DNA of 64,000 bases from a virus, in the IMG/VR virus record IMGVR_UViG_3300020416_000001, positions 96,001 to 160,000 of that record; one strand, 5' to 3'. How positions within the stretch are numbered: the stretch's first letter is position 1; every line of letters begins with the position of its first letter. Made by a program: the position numbers and the translations under genes. Of the stretch, positions 20,741-29,974 are shown piece by piece. The notes beneath the pieces were generated by a model, which searched no databases, was not told the origin of the DNA, and saw only the letters and a program-made list of their open reading frames with translations.

Positions 20741-21678
20741 GTGATTTTCTTTGGTGCGAACAATATCGTCCTCGTAAGATTGACGATTGTATTTTGCCTG
20801 AGAATATCAAGAGTGTGCTAAGTAAGTTTGTAGAGTTAGGAGAGATTCCTAATCTTTTACTGTCTGGTCCTCCTGGTATTGGCAAGACCACAGTAGCGAA
20901 AGCATTGTGTGAACAACTAGAAGCAGATTATTATGTCATCAACGGATCAGACGAAGGAAGGTTCCTTGATACAGTCAGAAACAATGCAAAGAATTTTGCA
21001 TCGACCGTATCTCTTACTTCAACATCTAAACACAAAGTCATCATCATTGATGAGGCAGATAACACAACCCCTGATGTTCAACTCCTCCTCAGGGCAAGCA
21101 TTGAGGAGTTCAGTGGCAACTGTAGATTCATCTTCACTTGCAACTACAAAAACAAAATCATCGCACCCCTCCATTCTCGCTGCTCAGTTGTTGACTTCTC
21201 CATCACAGGAAAGCAAAAGCAACAACTCGCAGCAGAGTTTTTCAAGCGTGTCCAGTCCATCCTTGAAGAACAAAAGGTCACTGCAGAACCTCGCGTTCTG
21301 GCAGCGTTAGTACAAAAGTATTTCCCTGATTTCAGACGAACTCTAAATGAACTCCAACGTTATTCTTCCATTGGTAAGATTGACACTGGTGTTCTTGCTG
21401 CTGTATCTGATACTAAACTTGACGACCTAGTTACCTTCTTGAAGGGTAAAGAGTTTACCAAGATGAAGAAGTGGGTAGTACAGAATCTTGATAACGAACC
21501 CACACAGATTATGAGGAATGTTTATGACAGTCTCTATACATATCTGGCACCTCAGTCTATTCCTGAGGCAGTCCTTTTAATCGGTGAGTATCAATACAAG
21601 TCTGCATTTGTTGCAGATCAGGAAATCAATCTTGTTGCATTCCTTACTGAACTAATGATGAGGTGTCAATTCAAATGA
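20737..21678 (+). CDS. gp44: Clamp loader large subunit gp44
   Basis: W.E.YRP, GPPGIGKTT, IIDEAD, LHSRC. Confidence 0.96.
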   Translation: MSDFLWCEQYRPRKIDDCILPENIKSVLSKFVELGEIPNLLLSGPPGIGKTTVAKALCEQLEADYYVINGSDEGRFLDTVRNNAKNFASTVSLTSTSKHKVIIIDEADNTTPDVQLLLRASIEEFSGNCRFIFTCNYKNKIIAPLHSRCSVVDFSITGKQKQQLAAEFFKRVQSILEEQKVTAEPRVLAALVQKYFPDFRRTLNELQRYSSIGKIDTGVLAAVSDTKLDDLVTFLKGKEFTKMKKWVVQNLDNEPTQIMRNVYDSLYTYLAPQSIPEAVLLIGEYQYKSAFVADQEINLVAFLTELMMRCQFK

Positions 21679-22259
21679 AGACTAGACCACGAGAGTATCA
21701 CTTCGTAGATGCTCTGACTGATATTAGATCAGCAGTTTTGTTAATCGGACTCCACGGACCAAACCTTGTAGGTATGGAACTTGGGGTCTTTCGTGCAGAG
21801 AGTCATCTGACTATCCTGCAGAACTGTCCTAACGTGAAGAAGTTGTACGGTGTTGATAACTGGAGACCATATACTGACTGGATGAATCCTAACGGTGATG
21901 GTCCACTCAACTCCACAACTGAAGCACAGATGGAAACACACGAGTGGATTGCTAAACATCACATCAAGTGGTCTGGTGTAGCAGATCGTTCCGAACTTTG
22001 GAAGGGCAACACATCAGAACTACACGAAGAGGTGGATAACAATTCATTTGATTTTATATTCTTTGATGCTTGGTTAGACTACGAACAAGTTAAACGTGAA
22101 CTGACTGACTGGTATCCCAAACTTAAGAAGGGAGGTCTATGTATCGGTCACGATTATAACGCTGAAGCAGTGAATGTTGGTGTAGCAGAGTTCAGAGACA
22201 TAAATGATATTAACAAACATATGGCAACATATGATTCTATGTTCGCTTGGAGAAAATGA
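21675..22259 (+). CDS. Class I SAM-dependent methyltransferase (Methyltransf_24-like)
   Basis: MELGVFRAES, GVD.W, FDFIFFDA, LKKGGLCIGHDY. Confidence 0.8.
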   Translation: MKTRPREYHFVDALTDIRSAVLLIGLHGPNLVGMELGVFRAESHLTILQNCPNVKKLYGVDNWRPYTDWMNPNGDGPLNSTTEAQMETHEWIAKHHIKWSGVADRSELWKGNTSELHEEVDNNSFDFIFFDAWLDYEQVKRELTDWYPKLKKGGLCIGHDYNAEAVNVGVAEFRDINDINKHMATYDSMFAWRK

Positions 22260-22339
22260 ATCACATTGGATTAGAAGTTGTCTTCTGGACAACTATCACA
22301 GTTTACATTCTCGCTAGAGTAGGGGTCTTCAGAAAATGA
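22256..22339 (+). CDS. 27-aa single-TM peptide
   Basis: ATGA overlaps at both ends; hydrophobic core. Confidence 0.55.
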   Translation: MNHIGLEVVFWTTITVYILARVGVFRK

Positions 22340-23016
22340 AGAAACACCACATCTTTCCTATCGAGATCTTCACCTTTGAACGACCTGATCTCGTAGATCC
22401 TGTATTGGATGCACTTGATCCTATTGATCGTGGTATGTTTAACTTCCCACATCCTGTACAGTCAACTAAAGGTAACCTTCACAATATTCCTTCATTCAAA
22501 CCACTGGTTGATTGGATCGAGGAATGTATGGAAGAACTAAAGAAAGATCAAGAGTTTGAGATGTGGGGTAAGTTCGAAGTCTCTATGATGTGGGGCAACG
22601 TATCGATGCCTCGTAGCGAGGGTATGCATCAACCACACAGACACCCTCTTTCATACTGGTCAGGTGTCTTCAATCTTACTGAAGGACACCCTACGCAGTT
22701 CCAAGACCCCTGTTGGGTCCGCTCGTACAATCAGATGGAAATAGTCTCATCAGCATATAAGAACGCTTGTAGCGCCCCTGAGTGGCGTCCTGGGACATTG
22801 GTGATCTGGCCAAGTTGGTTGGTCCACTTCTCAACACCGCACGTGGGTGAAGAATACCGTGCAAACATTGCATTCAATGCAGTGCCGACTGGTCCTATTA
22901 ACTTCGGTCCTTTCGGACAAAATATGGTCAACTGGAAGTTGATCAAAGACGACCCTATTATGCATTCCGACCCAAATGAAAATAACAATGAAGAACACCA
23001 AGAAGGAAATGTTTGA
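22336..23016 (+). CDS. 2OG-Fe(II) oxygenase
   Basis: HQPHRH..SYWSG, IWPSWLVH, RANIAFN. Confidence 0.8.
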   Translation: MKKHHIFPIEIFTFERPDLVDPVLDALDPIDRGMFNFPHPVQSTKGNLHNIPSFKPLVDWIEECMEELKKDQEFEMWGKFEVSMMWGNVSMPRSEGMHQPHRHPLSYWSGVFNLTEGHPTQFQDPCWVRSYNQMEIVSSAYKNACSAPEWRPGTLVIWPSWLVHFSTPHVGEEYRANIAFNAVPTGPINFGPFGQNMVNWKLIKDDPIMHSDPNENNNEEHQEGNV

Positions 23017-23107
23017 GGAACTACAGAAAGTAGATACCTACAGACAAGAGCGTAACATTCTCACCTACTTGGCAATAACCTTTTTCGTAACCACCTGCTT
23101 GTTCTAA
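22988..23107 (+). CDS. 39-aa hypothetical peptide with hydrophobic C-terminus
   Basis: Open frame filling the gap. Confidence 0.4.
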   Translation: MKNTKKEMFEELQKVDTYRQERNILTYLAITFFVTTCLF

Positions 23108-23284
23108 ATGAAAATCGACAGATACTATGATCCATACGAAGATCTTGAAAGAGAGATCATTGCTGATCTAGAGTATGCAGCACAGAGAATTGGTGGTAAG
23201 ATGGAAAGAATCACCCGAGTAGATTCTCGTGGTAGATCTTCCAAAGTGATTACTATTGAATATGATGTTAACGAACCTGGGTGA
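23108..23284 (+). CDS. 58-aa hypothetical protein
   Basis: Open frame filling the gap before dam. Confidence 0.6.
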   Translation: MKIDRYYDPYEDLEREIIADLEYAAQRIGGKMERITRVDSRGRSSKVITIEYDVNEPG

Positions 23285-23285
23285 A

Positions 23286-24125
23286 ATGAAATCTTATAAA
23301 ACTCCGCTGCGCTATCCAGGTGGTAAGTCACGTGCAGCAGCGAAGTTATATCCTAAGTTTCCAAACAACATCAAAGAATACAGAGAACCATTCCTAGGGG
23401 GTGGTTCTATGGCAATCTATTTTTCAAAAGCAAATCCAGACACACCTGTATGGGTAAATGACACATACTATTACCTGTACAACTTTTGGATTCAACTCCA
23501 AGATCGTGGGTATGATCTGAGTGATACATTGATGGCACTCAAGAACGCTCACGATACTAAGGAGAAAGCAAAAGATCTATTTCTCAAATGCAAGGCAGAC
23601 ATCGCCAACGTATCTGAGTTTCAACAAGCAATTTATTTCTACGTGCTTAATAAGTGTTCATTCTCTGGACTCACAGAGAACAGTTCATTTTCTAAGCAAG
23701 CATCTGTATCTAACTTCAGCAAGAAAGGAATCAAGAAACTTGCTCACTATCAACAGATCATTGAGCATTGGGAGATTACCAATGTTGACTATAGTGAACT
23801 GATGACAGATGAAAAAGATGTATTCTCCTTCTTAGATCCTCCATACGACATTAAAGATTTCTTGTATGGAACTAAAGGTGAAATGCACAAAGGATTTGAT
23901 CATCACAGATTTGCAAAGGTATGCAAAGAAACTACACAGGACTGGATGATCACCTATAATTCAAATGAGAACACTCGTGCTCTCTTCAGCGAGTATAATC
24001 AAGAAGAATGGGATCTCACATATACAATGAGATCTGTGGGCAACTACAACACCGAACAATCCAAACGTAAAGAACTTCTCGTCACCAACTATGTCAAAGC
24101 ACCACAAGGACTACCCTTTAACTGA
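23286..24125 (+). CDS. dam: DNA adenine methyltransferase (D12 class, Dam-like)
   Basis: LRYPGGKS, EPFLGGGS, DPPY. Confidence 0.9.
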   Translation: MKSYKTPLRYPGGKSRAAAKLYPKFPNNIKEYREPFLGGGSMAIYFSKANPDTPVWVNDTYYYLYNFWIQLQDRGYDLSDTLMALKNAHDTKEKAKDLFLKCKADIANVSEFQQAIYFYVLNKCSFSGLTENSSFSKQASVSNFSKKGIKKLAHYQQIIEHWEITNVDYSELMTDEKDVFSFLDPPYDIKDFLYGTKGEMHKGFDHHRFAKVCKETTQDWMITYNSNENTRALFSEYNQEEWDLTYTMRSVGNYNTEQSKRKELLVTNYVKAPQGLPFN

Positions 24126-24501
24126 TTACTTAAACAGTATCAATCATACTAAAGAAGATCTTCGTGAACGTGGAGACGACTGGATGAAGAAGTATCCTTC
24201 TTACATCGTCAACAAATGTTTGAGTGGATTCAAAGAGACAGTGCTATATGCTAATGCTGTCAATGAGTTCCACCAACTTGATAATGACCTTCAATATTCA
24301 TTTTATCTAAATAGTCTGAGAAAGAAACGCCGTTTCTCTCCCTGGCAACGTAAGGACAAGGTAGAACATCTTGACCTCATCAAAAAATACTTTAAGTATT
24401 CAGATGAAAAAGCACGGGATGCACTTAGAATTCTGACCAACGATCAGATTGAATTGATTAAATTAAAAATGAATACTGGAGGTAAAACCAATGGCAGGTG
24501 A
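24091..24501 (+). CDS. gp62: Clamp loader small subunit gp62
   Basis: YPSYIVNKCLS, RKKRRFSPW, YF.YS.EKA. Confidence 0.9.
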   Translation: MSKHHKDYPLTDYLNSINHTKEDLRERGDDWMKKYPSYIVNKCLSGFKETVLYANAVNEFHQLDNDLQYSFYLNSLRKKRRFSPWQRKDKVEHLDLIKKYFKYSDEKARDALRILTNDQIELIKLKMNTGGKTNGR

Positions 24502-24913
24502 GATCGAGATTTCTTGGTCCCCCGATATGATGGTAGAGGTTAGTCTCAAGCAACCTGATGACTTTCTCAAAGTCAGAGAGACTCTTACTAGGATCGGTGT
24601 AGCATCGAGAAAAGAAAAGAAATTATTTCAGAGTTGTCATATTCTTCATAAGAAGGGCAAGTATTATATTGTCCACTTCAAGGAGTTGTTTGCGTTGGAT
24701 GGAAAGCACGCGAACCTAACTTCTAATGACGTAGAACGTCGTAACAGAATTACAAAACTCCTATCAGATTGGGGACTTGTAGGTATTGTTGATGAGGAGA
24801 TCGGTGAACTTGCACCGTTGAATCAGATCAAAGTTATTTCATATAAGGATAAGGGTGAGTGGATCCTAGAATCGAAGTATAATATAGGTAAGAAACGTAC
24901 AGTCTCAGAATAG
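24491..24913 (+). CDS. regA: Translational repressor RegA
   Basis: DDFLKVRETLTRIG, QSCHILHK.G.YYIVHFKELF. Confidence 0.97.
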   Translation: MAGEIEISWSPDMMVEVSLKQPDDFLKVRETLTRIGVASRKEKKLFQSCHILHKKGKYYIVHFKELFALDGKHANLTSNDVERRNRITKLLSDWGLVGIVDEEIGELAPLNQIKVISYKDKGEWILESKYNIGKKRTVSE

Positions 24914-24942
24914 ATAAATAGGTCAGCAATCCATTCAGCACT

Positions 24943-25383
24943 ATGTCTGAGGAGAAGAAAACACCTCCTAAATCTGAAGAAAAACCAAAAGGTTTCTTCG
25001 GTCGTTTGAAGGAAGCATCTGAGGACAAAGAGGAACAACTGGCGATTCTCAGTACATTCGTGAGACTCGGCATTCTCATTTGGAGCGGAGGGATCCTGAC
25101 GTTAGCGTACGTTGATCTTCCCAAAGCACTAAATTTTCCCGAACAAGACCTCGATCCAACTTTCATAGCTAGCGTTTTCACGGGCGTTTTAGCTACATTT
25201 GGCGTCCAGACTGCCAAGAAGAATGGTAATGGAAATACCAATGGTAGTGTAGGTATTACAAAGGCAGATATGGAGAGACTCATCGAAGCAGCAGCACAAA
25301 GTGCACCTGCTCAAGTCATCCGTGTTGAACAAGCACCTTTGAAAATTACTACCGATGATAACCCTAAAAAGTATGATCTCTAA
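24943..25383 (+). CDS. Two-TM membrane protein
   Basis: Two hydrophobic segments; GATAAATA late box upstream. Confidence 0.75.
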   Translation: MSEEKKTPPKSEEKPKGFFGRLKEASEDKEEQLAILSTFVRLGILIWSGGILTLAYVDLPKALNFPEQDLDPTFIASVFTGVLATFGVQTAKKNGNGNTNGSVGITKADMERLIEAAAQSAPAQVIRVEQAPLKITTDDNPKKYDL

Positions 25384-25385
25384 TT

Positions 25386-25616
25386 ATGCAAAAAATTATT
25401 AACGTTCTGGTTGTATTCAACTTCCTATTCGCAGGTACTGTTACAGGTACTTTCGTATATACGTGGTTCAATCGTGAAACACTCGCTGAACAATCAAGAG
25501 AAAGACTTGCATCATTTGTTGCGGAAGCAGTCGGCAGTATGGTCCCAGGTCTTGTAGATAAAGGACTTCCTGATGTTACTGGTCCTGCAATTCCACCTAT
25601 CGGTCTACCAAAATGA
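25386..25616 (+). CDS. Single-TM protein
   Basis: N-terminal TM, Pro-rich tail. Confidence 0.7.
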   Translation: MQKIINVLVVFNFLFAGTVTGTFVYTWFNRETLAEQSRERLASFVAEAVGSMVPGLVDKGLPDVTGPAIPPIGLPK

Positions 25617-26149
25617 AATGGTTTTACGCTACTGCAGGTGTACTCTTAGGTGTATCACACCTTGGGATGATCGGCATCATAGCGAATAAACAAACCTTTC
25701 CACATCTCAACCCACCTGTAGGTCCTTATAGTTCCTACAGTGCTGAGGTTGGTAGAGAAGGATATAAGATCAATTATCAAGGAAATGATCCAAAGGTAAT
25801 GTCGGAAGACATTTACGTTAATAAGAGTGGTTTCTTTGGTAATAAATCTATCGTCACAAAATCTCACGAGTACACTATGGATGGCATCAGGCATCTAGGA
25901 GGTGAAGGCGTGGGAAAGTTGACTGCCAAAAAACTAGAATGTATCAAGGCGGAAGGTGGTGGAGAACAAACGGGCGCTGTGATCGGCGCTAGTGTAGGAA
26001 CCGCTGCTGCCCCTGCTCTATCAGGCATTCCATTTATAGGTCCAGTCCTAGCAGGAGGCATTGCACTCTTTGCAGGTAACAAGGGAGCAAATGTAGGTGG
26101 AGAAATCGCTGTCGCAATGGCAGACTGTGAAGAAGAATTAATTGACTGA
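25613..26149 (+). CDS. Membrane protein with glycine-zipper C-terminus
   Basis: N-terminal TM; GAVIGASVG...GANVGG. Confidence 0.75.
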   Translation: MKWFYATAGVLLGVSHLGMIGIIANKQTFPHLNPPVGPYSSYSAEVGREGYKINYQGNDPKVMSEDIYVNKSGFFGNKSIVTKSHEYTMDGIRHLGGEGVGKLTAKKLECIKAEGGGEQTGAVIGASVGTAAAPALSGIPFIGPVLAGGIALFAGNKGANVGGEIAVAMADCEEELID

Positions 26150-26152
26150 TGA

Positions 26153-26935
26153 ATGGAAATCCCAGAGATCGGAACGAACGATATTAATATTCGTTCCTTG
26201 AACATACCTGAGATCCGATCTTATAGTTGGATCGAATCTATACCAAAAGCGATACCGATCTACCCACCTGTCACTCAAGAGTTAGGTACACCGATCATCA
26301 ATATCCCAGGTTGTGTAGAAGCACACGAACTTGATGATGGTAAGAATGAAAACCTAAAGTCAGATGACCCGAAGGGAGCGAAGGTGTATTGTGATGCTGC
26401 ATTGCCTTCGTTCTCCCCTATCGAGTACAACAAAGAGAAATTACAGTTCCAGTTGCCTGCTGTAGAGGCACCTAAGTTTGAGAATGAATCACCAGACCTT
26501 TCTGTACCAGAGACAAAGGTACCAAAGGTTGACTCACCTGAGTGTCCTACAAGGGCACAGGTATTAAAAAACCCCATAGGAAAGATCCTAGAGGGTAATA
26601 AAAAGATTGTTGCTTACGAGTTGGTAGGCAAAGAATGTATTGAAGTTACAGAGAAATTAAATATCACTGATCAAATTATTCAAAACATCCCTTCCCCTGG
26701 TTTGATAGTTACTACAGGTTCTATTGCTGCTGTTGCTGCCACCTCTGCGTTGCTCGCAAAACCGCTTGCCGATCTTCTTCTGAAAATTGTGAAACCTGCT
26801 GTGAAGAAGACGATTGGGAAGATTGGATCTCTGTTTGGACGGGTTCCGAAACGCCAATCTCAAAAGGACCGCCAAGATCTGCAGCGTTTGAGGACACGGG
26901 CACTTCGAGAGTTGAAGAGGATGAAGAAGAGATAG
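26153..26935 (+). CDS. Pro-rich protein with C-terminal TM and basic tail
   Basis: Cys pairs; IAAVAATSALLA; K/R-rich end. Confidence 0.75.
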   Translation: MEIPEIGTNDINIRSLNIPEIRSYSWIESIPKAIPIYPPVTQELGTPIINIPGCVEAHELDDGKNENLKSDDPKGAKVYCDAALPSFSPIEYNKEKLQFQLPAVEAPKFENESPDLSVPETKVPKVDSPECPTRAQVLKNPIGKILEGNKKIVAYELVGKECIEVTEKLNITDQIIQNIPSPGLIVTTGSIAAVAATSALLAKPLADLLLKIVKPAVKKTIGKIGSLFGRVPKRQSQKDRQDLQRLRTRALRELKRMKKR

Positions 26936-27770
26936 GTTTAGAATTACTATGCACGTGTGGTTTGATATAGTTCACACCCTGTACCACAACGTCTGCACAT
27001 ACACTATAGTATGGTGACTTTGGATGGAAGGTGATTCCCGCTTTCATAAGTTCACCACAGTTTTTTAATCTCGCGATCTCAAAGTCTAATCTCTTGTTTG
27101 CAGTCAACTGACGTTGCATATTTAGTTGGGTTTGGACTGCCTCTTTACATTGTTGTTGTGCCTTCTTATCGAGAGGTATAGACCACGTAGCAGATACACC
27201 GATGGATAGGTTATATGTATCTTTCTGTCCCGTTCTTACAGGAATTTGATATAACACTGACCCAGGATTGTCAGGTGCACCGTCTCCTATTTGATTACCA
27301 TCGTCATCTGTTGTACCTGTTAGGTCACGCATATCATATACATTATCAAACCATTCACCTTCAAATGGTTTCTGTCCAGATGCACTACCTGTTGCATATG
27401 GTGTGATGTTAAGTGTACTACCTTGACACTGAATACCACCACCGTAAGTGTTAGTTATATACGGACCTTGTAAAACTTGTATTGCCTGATTAGTCACGCT
27501 ACCACTGGAGTTTGCGATGGGCGCTGCAGTTGCAGATACACCACCAACAGTCTCAGCATTGACTACTTGAGGGGATAAGATTGATAAGGCAAGTGCCCCT
27601 ATTGTTGGAAGATTGAGGTTGTGTCTGTGACGCTTGTAACCTCTGTTACCCTCTGGATTATTGTTTGATTTTGAAGTCCAGGTCCAGAGTAAGTTTCTGT
27701 AAATTGAAATGCGGATCCCACATTGTTCTGGGTCCAGTTTGGTTTGTTGTTGATGTTTAATCCTGTCCAT
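26721..27770 (-). CDS. Secreted/OM-like hypothetical protein (start uncertain: 27770 ATG or ~27602 ATA)
   Basis: Long ORF; signal-like LALSILSPQVVNA; GVSATWSIPLD beta-strand. Confidence 0.7.
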   Translation of the reverse strand: MDRIKHQQQTKLDPEQCGIRISIYRNLLWTWTSKSNNNPEGNRGYKRHRHNLNLPTIGALALSILSPQVVNAETVGGVSATAAPIANSSGSVTNQAIQVLQGPYITNTYGGGIQCQGSTLNITPYATGSASGQKPFEGEWFDNVYDMRDLTGTTDDDGNQIGDGAPDNPGSVLYQIPVRTGQKDTYNLSIGVSATWSIPLDKKAQQQCKEAVQTQLNMQRQLTANKRLDFEIARLKNCGELMKAGITFHPKSPYYSVCADVVVQGVNYIKPHVHSNSKPISSSSSSTLEVPVSSNAADLGGPFEIGVSEPVQTEIQSSQSSSSQQVSQFSEEDRQAVLRATQRWQQQQQ

Positions 27771-28060
27771 TTTGAAGTCACGCCATCAATAGTTTGAGAT
27801 TGTTCACTTACACCTGGTGTCATAGATGCACCATCGTGTTTTACGTTTGTACCAGAAACGGAATACACCCAACCCGTAGCATAGTCCATCGAATTTATCG
27901 TCTCAGTTACCTTGGAAGTCGTTTCCGTGTGGCTCGTCATACTTCCCTGAGTGAAATTTGGCACCACGGGCACTGCGAGAACAGGTGCAGTAGAATTGAC
28001 TACGAGTGCACCTGTTGCAATACACGTTACGATCTTTCCAAAAGGGATGTTCACGTACAT
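27599..28060 (-). CDS. Secreted Thr/Ser-rich hypothetical protein
   Basis: Signal-like N-terminus, then VPVVPNFTQG; GGAG RBS. Confidence 0.75.
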   Translation of the reverse strand: MYVNIPFGKIVTCIATGALVVNSTAPVLAVPVVPNFTQGSMTSHTETTSKVTETINSMDYATGWVYSVSGTNVKHDGASMTPGVSEQSQTIDGVTSKWTGLNINNKPNWTQNNVGSAFQFTETYSGPGLQNQTIIQRVTEVTSVTDTTSIFQQ

Positions 28061-28066
28061 TCTCCA

Positions 28067-28567
28067 CTAGTCGATTCGGATCTCGGATACAAATTGACCG
28101 ACAGCACTGGTTCCTGCCCCACCTGCTGTTAAACCGATAGTAGAACTGGAATCGATAGTTCCTGCCAAACTGCCCGCACTGCCTGCAGCAGTTGAGGTCT
28201 GGTTACTGAAGTTACTTACAGCACCGACAGTAGGAGCACTACCAGATATTGCATCCCCTTGCAAGAATGACTGAGTAAAACTCCAAGATTCGCCTGCAGT
28301 CGCTTGGGTCGCTGTCAATGCAGGGATCGATCCAACGCCTGAGGAAATGGTAAGTGCACCAATAGAAGAGGTTGCTGAACCACCACTGGGTGTATATTGT
28401 GTGGTGACATTGTTGCCACTTACACTATACGACGTACCTATGCGTTGTACATTTGTTGCTGCTGCGTCCACATTGAGTTGGACACTGCTGCTTAATTTAT
28501 GTGTTACATCGGCATATGCAGGTGCCGTCATCAAAACCATACCAAAGAGCAATGCTACTCTTTTCAT
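28067..28567 (-). CDS. Secreted Gly/Ser/Ala-rich hypothetical protein
   Basis: MKRVALLFGMVLMTAPAYA signal peptide; minus-strand CTAAATA late box near 28600. Confidence 0.8.
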   Translation of the reverse strand: MKRVALLFGMVLMTAPAYADVTHKLSSSVQLNVDAAATNVQRIGTSYSVSGNNVTTQYTPSGGSATSSIGALTISSGVGSIPALTATQATAGESWSFTQSFLQGDAISGSAPTVGAVSNFSNQTSTAAGSAGSLAGTIDSSSTIGLTAGGAGTSAVGQFVSEIRID

Positions 28568-28665
28568 TCTTCTAGAAATACAAAGTTATAACTAAGCCTA
28601 TTTAGCGTGTTGATAACTGCACATATGATACCGTTTTAACCGAACCCGTAATCCATTGTCACAAC

Positions 28666-28673
28666 TATAAATA
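28666..28673 (+). promoter_or_regulatory. Late promoter TATAAATA of hsp20
   Basis: Exact consensus. Confidence 0.8.
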
Positions 28674-28724
28674 ACTTTGTCGCCTTCGGGGACATTAAAC
28701 CAAATCTCGCTCTTAAGGAGAATT

Positions 28725-29189
28725 ATGAATCAATTCACTTCAAGTGATCTAGATAGAATCTTACAAGCATCTAGGTCATACTCAGTCGGACTCGACAACA
28801 TCTTCCACAGACTAGAGGCACGTGCCCTAGCAGACCACGAGAAAACATCTTACCCTCCATACAACCTGATCAAAGAAACAGATCATAGATGGGTCATCGA
28901 GGTAGCATTAGCAGGATTCAAACAGGAAGAGTTCGAGGTCGCAACAGAAACTAACGTCCTATCGATCAGGACAGTCGCAGAAAAGAACGATGATGATAGA
29001 GGTTATCTGCATAAAGGTGTAGCAAAAAGATCCTTTGCTAGGACATTCACACTTTCCGATGATGTCAAGATCGGTGATGTCAACTACGAAGACGGTCTAT
29101 TGACCATCGTATTGAACAAGGTGGTACCTGACAGTCACAAGAGAAAGGTGTATAATATTGGATGTGGTTGCAAACCTGACTCTAATTGA
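28725..29189 (+). CDS. hsp20: Small heat shock protein Hsp20
   Basis: YPPYNL, IEVALAGF, YLHKG.A.RSF.R.F.L, DGLL.I.L; AGGAG RBS. Confidence 0.95.
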   Translation: MNQFTSSDLDRILQASRSYSVGLDNIFHRLEARALADHEKTSYPPYNLIKETDHRWVIEVALAGFKQEEFEVATETNVLSIRTVAEKNDDDRGYLHKGVAKRSFARTFTLSDDVKIGDVNYEDGLLTIVLNKVVPDSHKRKVYNIGCGCKPDSN

Positions 29190-29374
29190 AGAAAAAACTA
29201 GTCGCACTGTTCACCAGTACATTCACTCATCTGTTCCTGATCGTCTCAGGAACTTTGATCATTATTGAATTCGCTCATCTTCGTGCTCATAAGAGTTACG
29301 AGATAGATGTCCACGGTTATGTAAAGCAATTTTGCAGACTGAATGACTGTGAAAAACTGAACTCTGAACTGTGA
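29186..29374 (+). CDS. Small TM hypothetical protein
   Basis: TTG start overlapping the hsp20 stop. Confidence 0.55.
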   Translation: MKKKLVALFTSTFTHLFLIVSGTLIIIEFAHLRAHKSYEIDVHGYVKQFCRLNDCEKLNSEL

Positions 29375-29392
29375 CTATATAATGCACAACAG

Positions 29393-29417
29393 AAGAGACC
29401 CCTTCGGGTCTCTTTTT
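29393..29417 (+). terminator. Rho-independent terminator
   Basis: AAGAGACC..TTCG..GGTCTCTT + T run. Confidence 0.85.
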
Positions 29418-29433
29418 CTATGGAGTCTTTTTA

Positions 29434-29673
29434 ATGAATCACTATGTGAACTGCGCTCCAAGGGGGAGCGACGATTACGAATCGATTACACTCGATGTTC
29501 CAACTAAAAATGTTGAAGAGGTTTTGCATCTAGCAAGAACCCTCGCCGATGAGCATAACGTGGATGTTCGTAGAGCATTCTCTGATATTGTTCGTGGTGT
29601 TTACCATAACCTAACTGAAAATTATGACAGTAAAAATCGTAAGAATGATCAACGGCGAAGACGTCATCGCTGA
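29434..29673 (+). CDS. Hypothetical protein
   Basis: GGAG RBS. Confidence 0.65.
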   Translation: MNHYVNCAPRGSDDYESITLDVPTKNVEEVLHLARTLADEHNVDVRRAFSDIVRGVYHNLTENYDSKNRKNDQRRRRHR

Positions 29674-29974
29674 TGTTCAAGAAGCATATCCTGAGGAGAA
29701 AGCATACTCTCCTATTGGTTACCTGATGAAGGATCCTTATCAAGTAAATCTACACGCTGCAGCAGAAATGCTGTTTGAAGGAACCCAAGCAGAACCACAG
29801 AAAATCAATGACCTGAACTTGGAATTGTTTCCTTGGATCCCACTTTCCAAAAATAATGCTACACTAGTAGTATTGAGCAACGTCGCTACAATCTACAATC
29901 CACACCCTGAGGTGGAATCAAAATGGAAAACTTGTATCAAAGGTAATGACACCACTGAAAATAATCCTACTTAA
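29624..29974 (+). CDS. Hypothetical protein, possible Sm-like fold
   Basis: IVRMINGEDVIADV...PWIP. Confidence 0.7.
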   Translation: MTVKIVRMINGEDVIADVQEAYPEEKAYSPIGYLMKDPYQVNLHAAAEMLFEGTQAEPQKINDLNLELFPWIPLSKNNATLVVLSNVATIYNPHPEVESKWKTCIKGNDTTENNPT

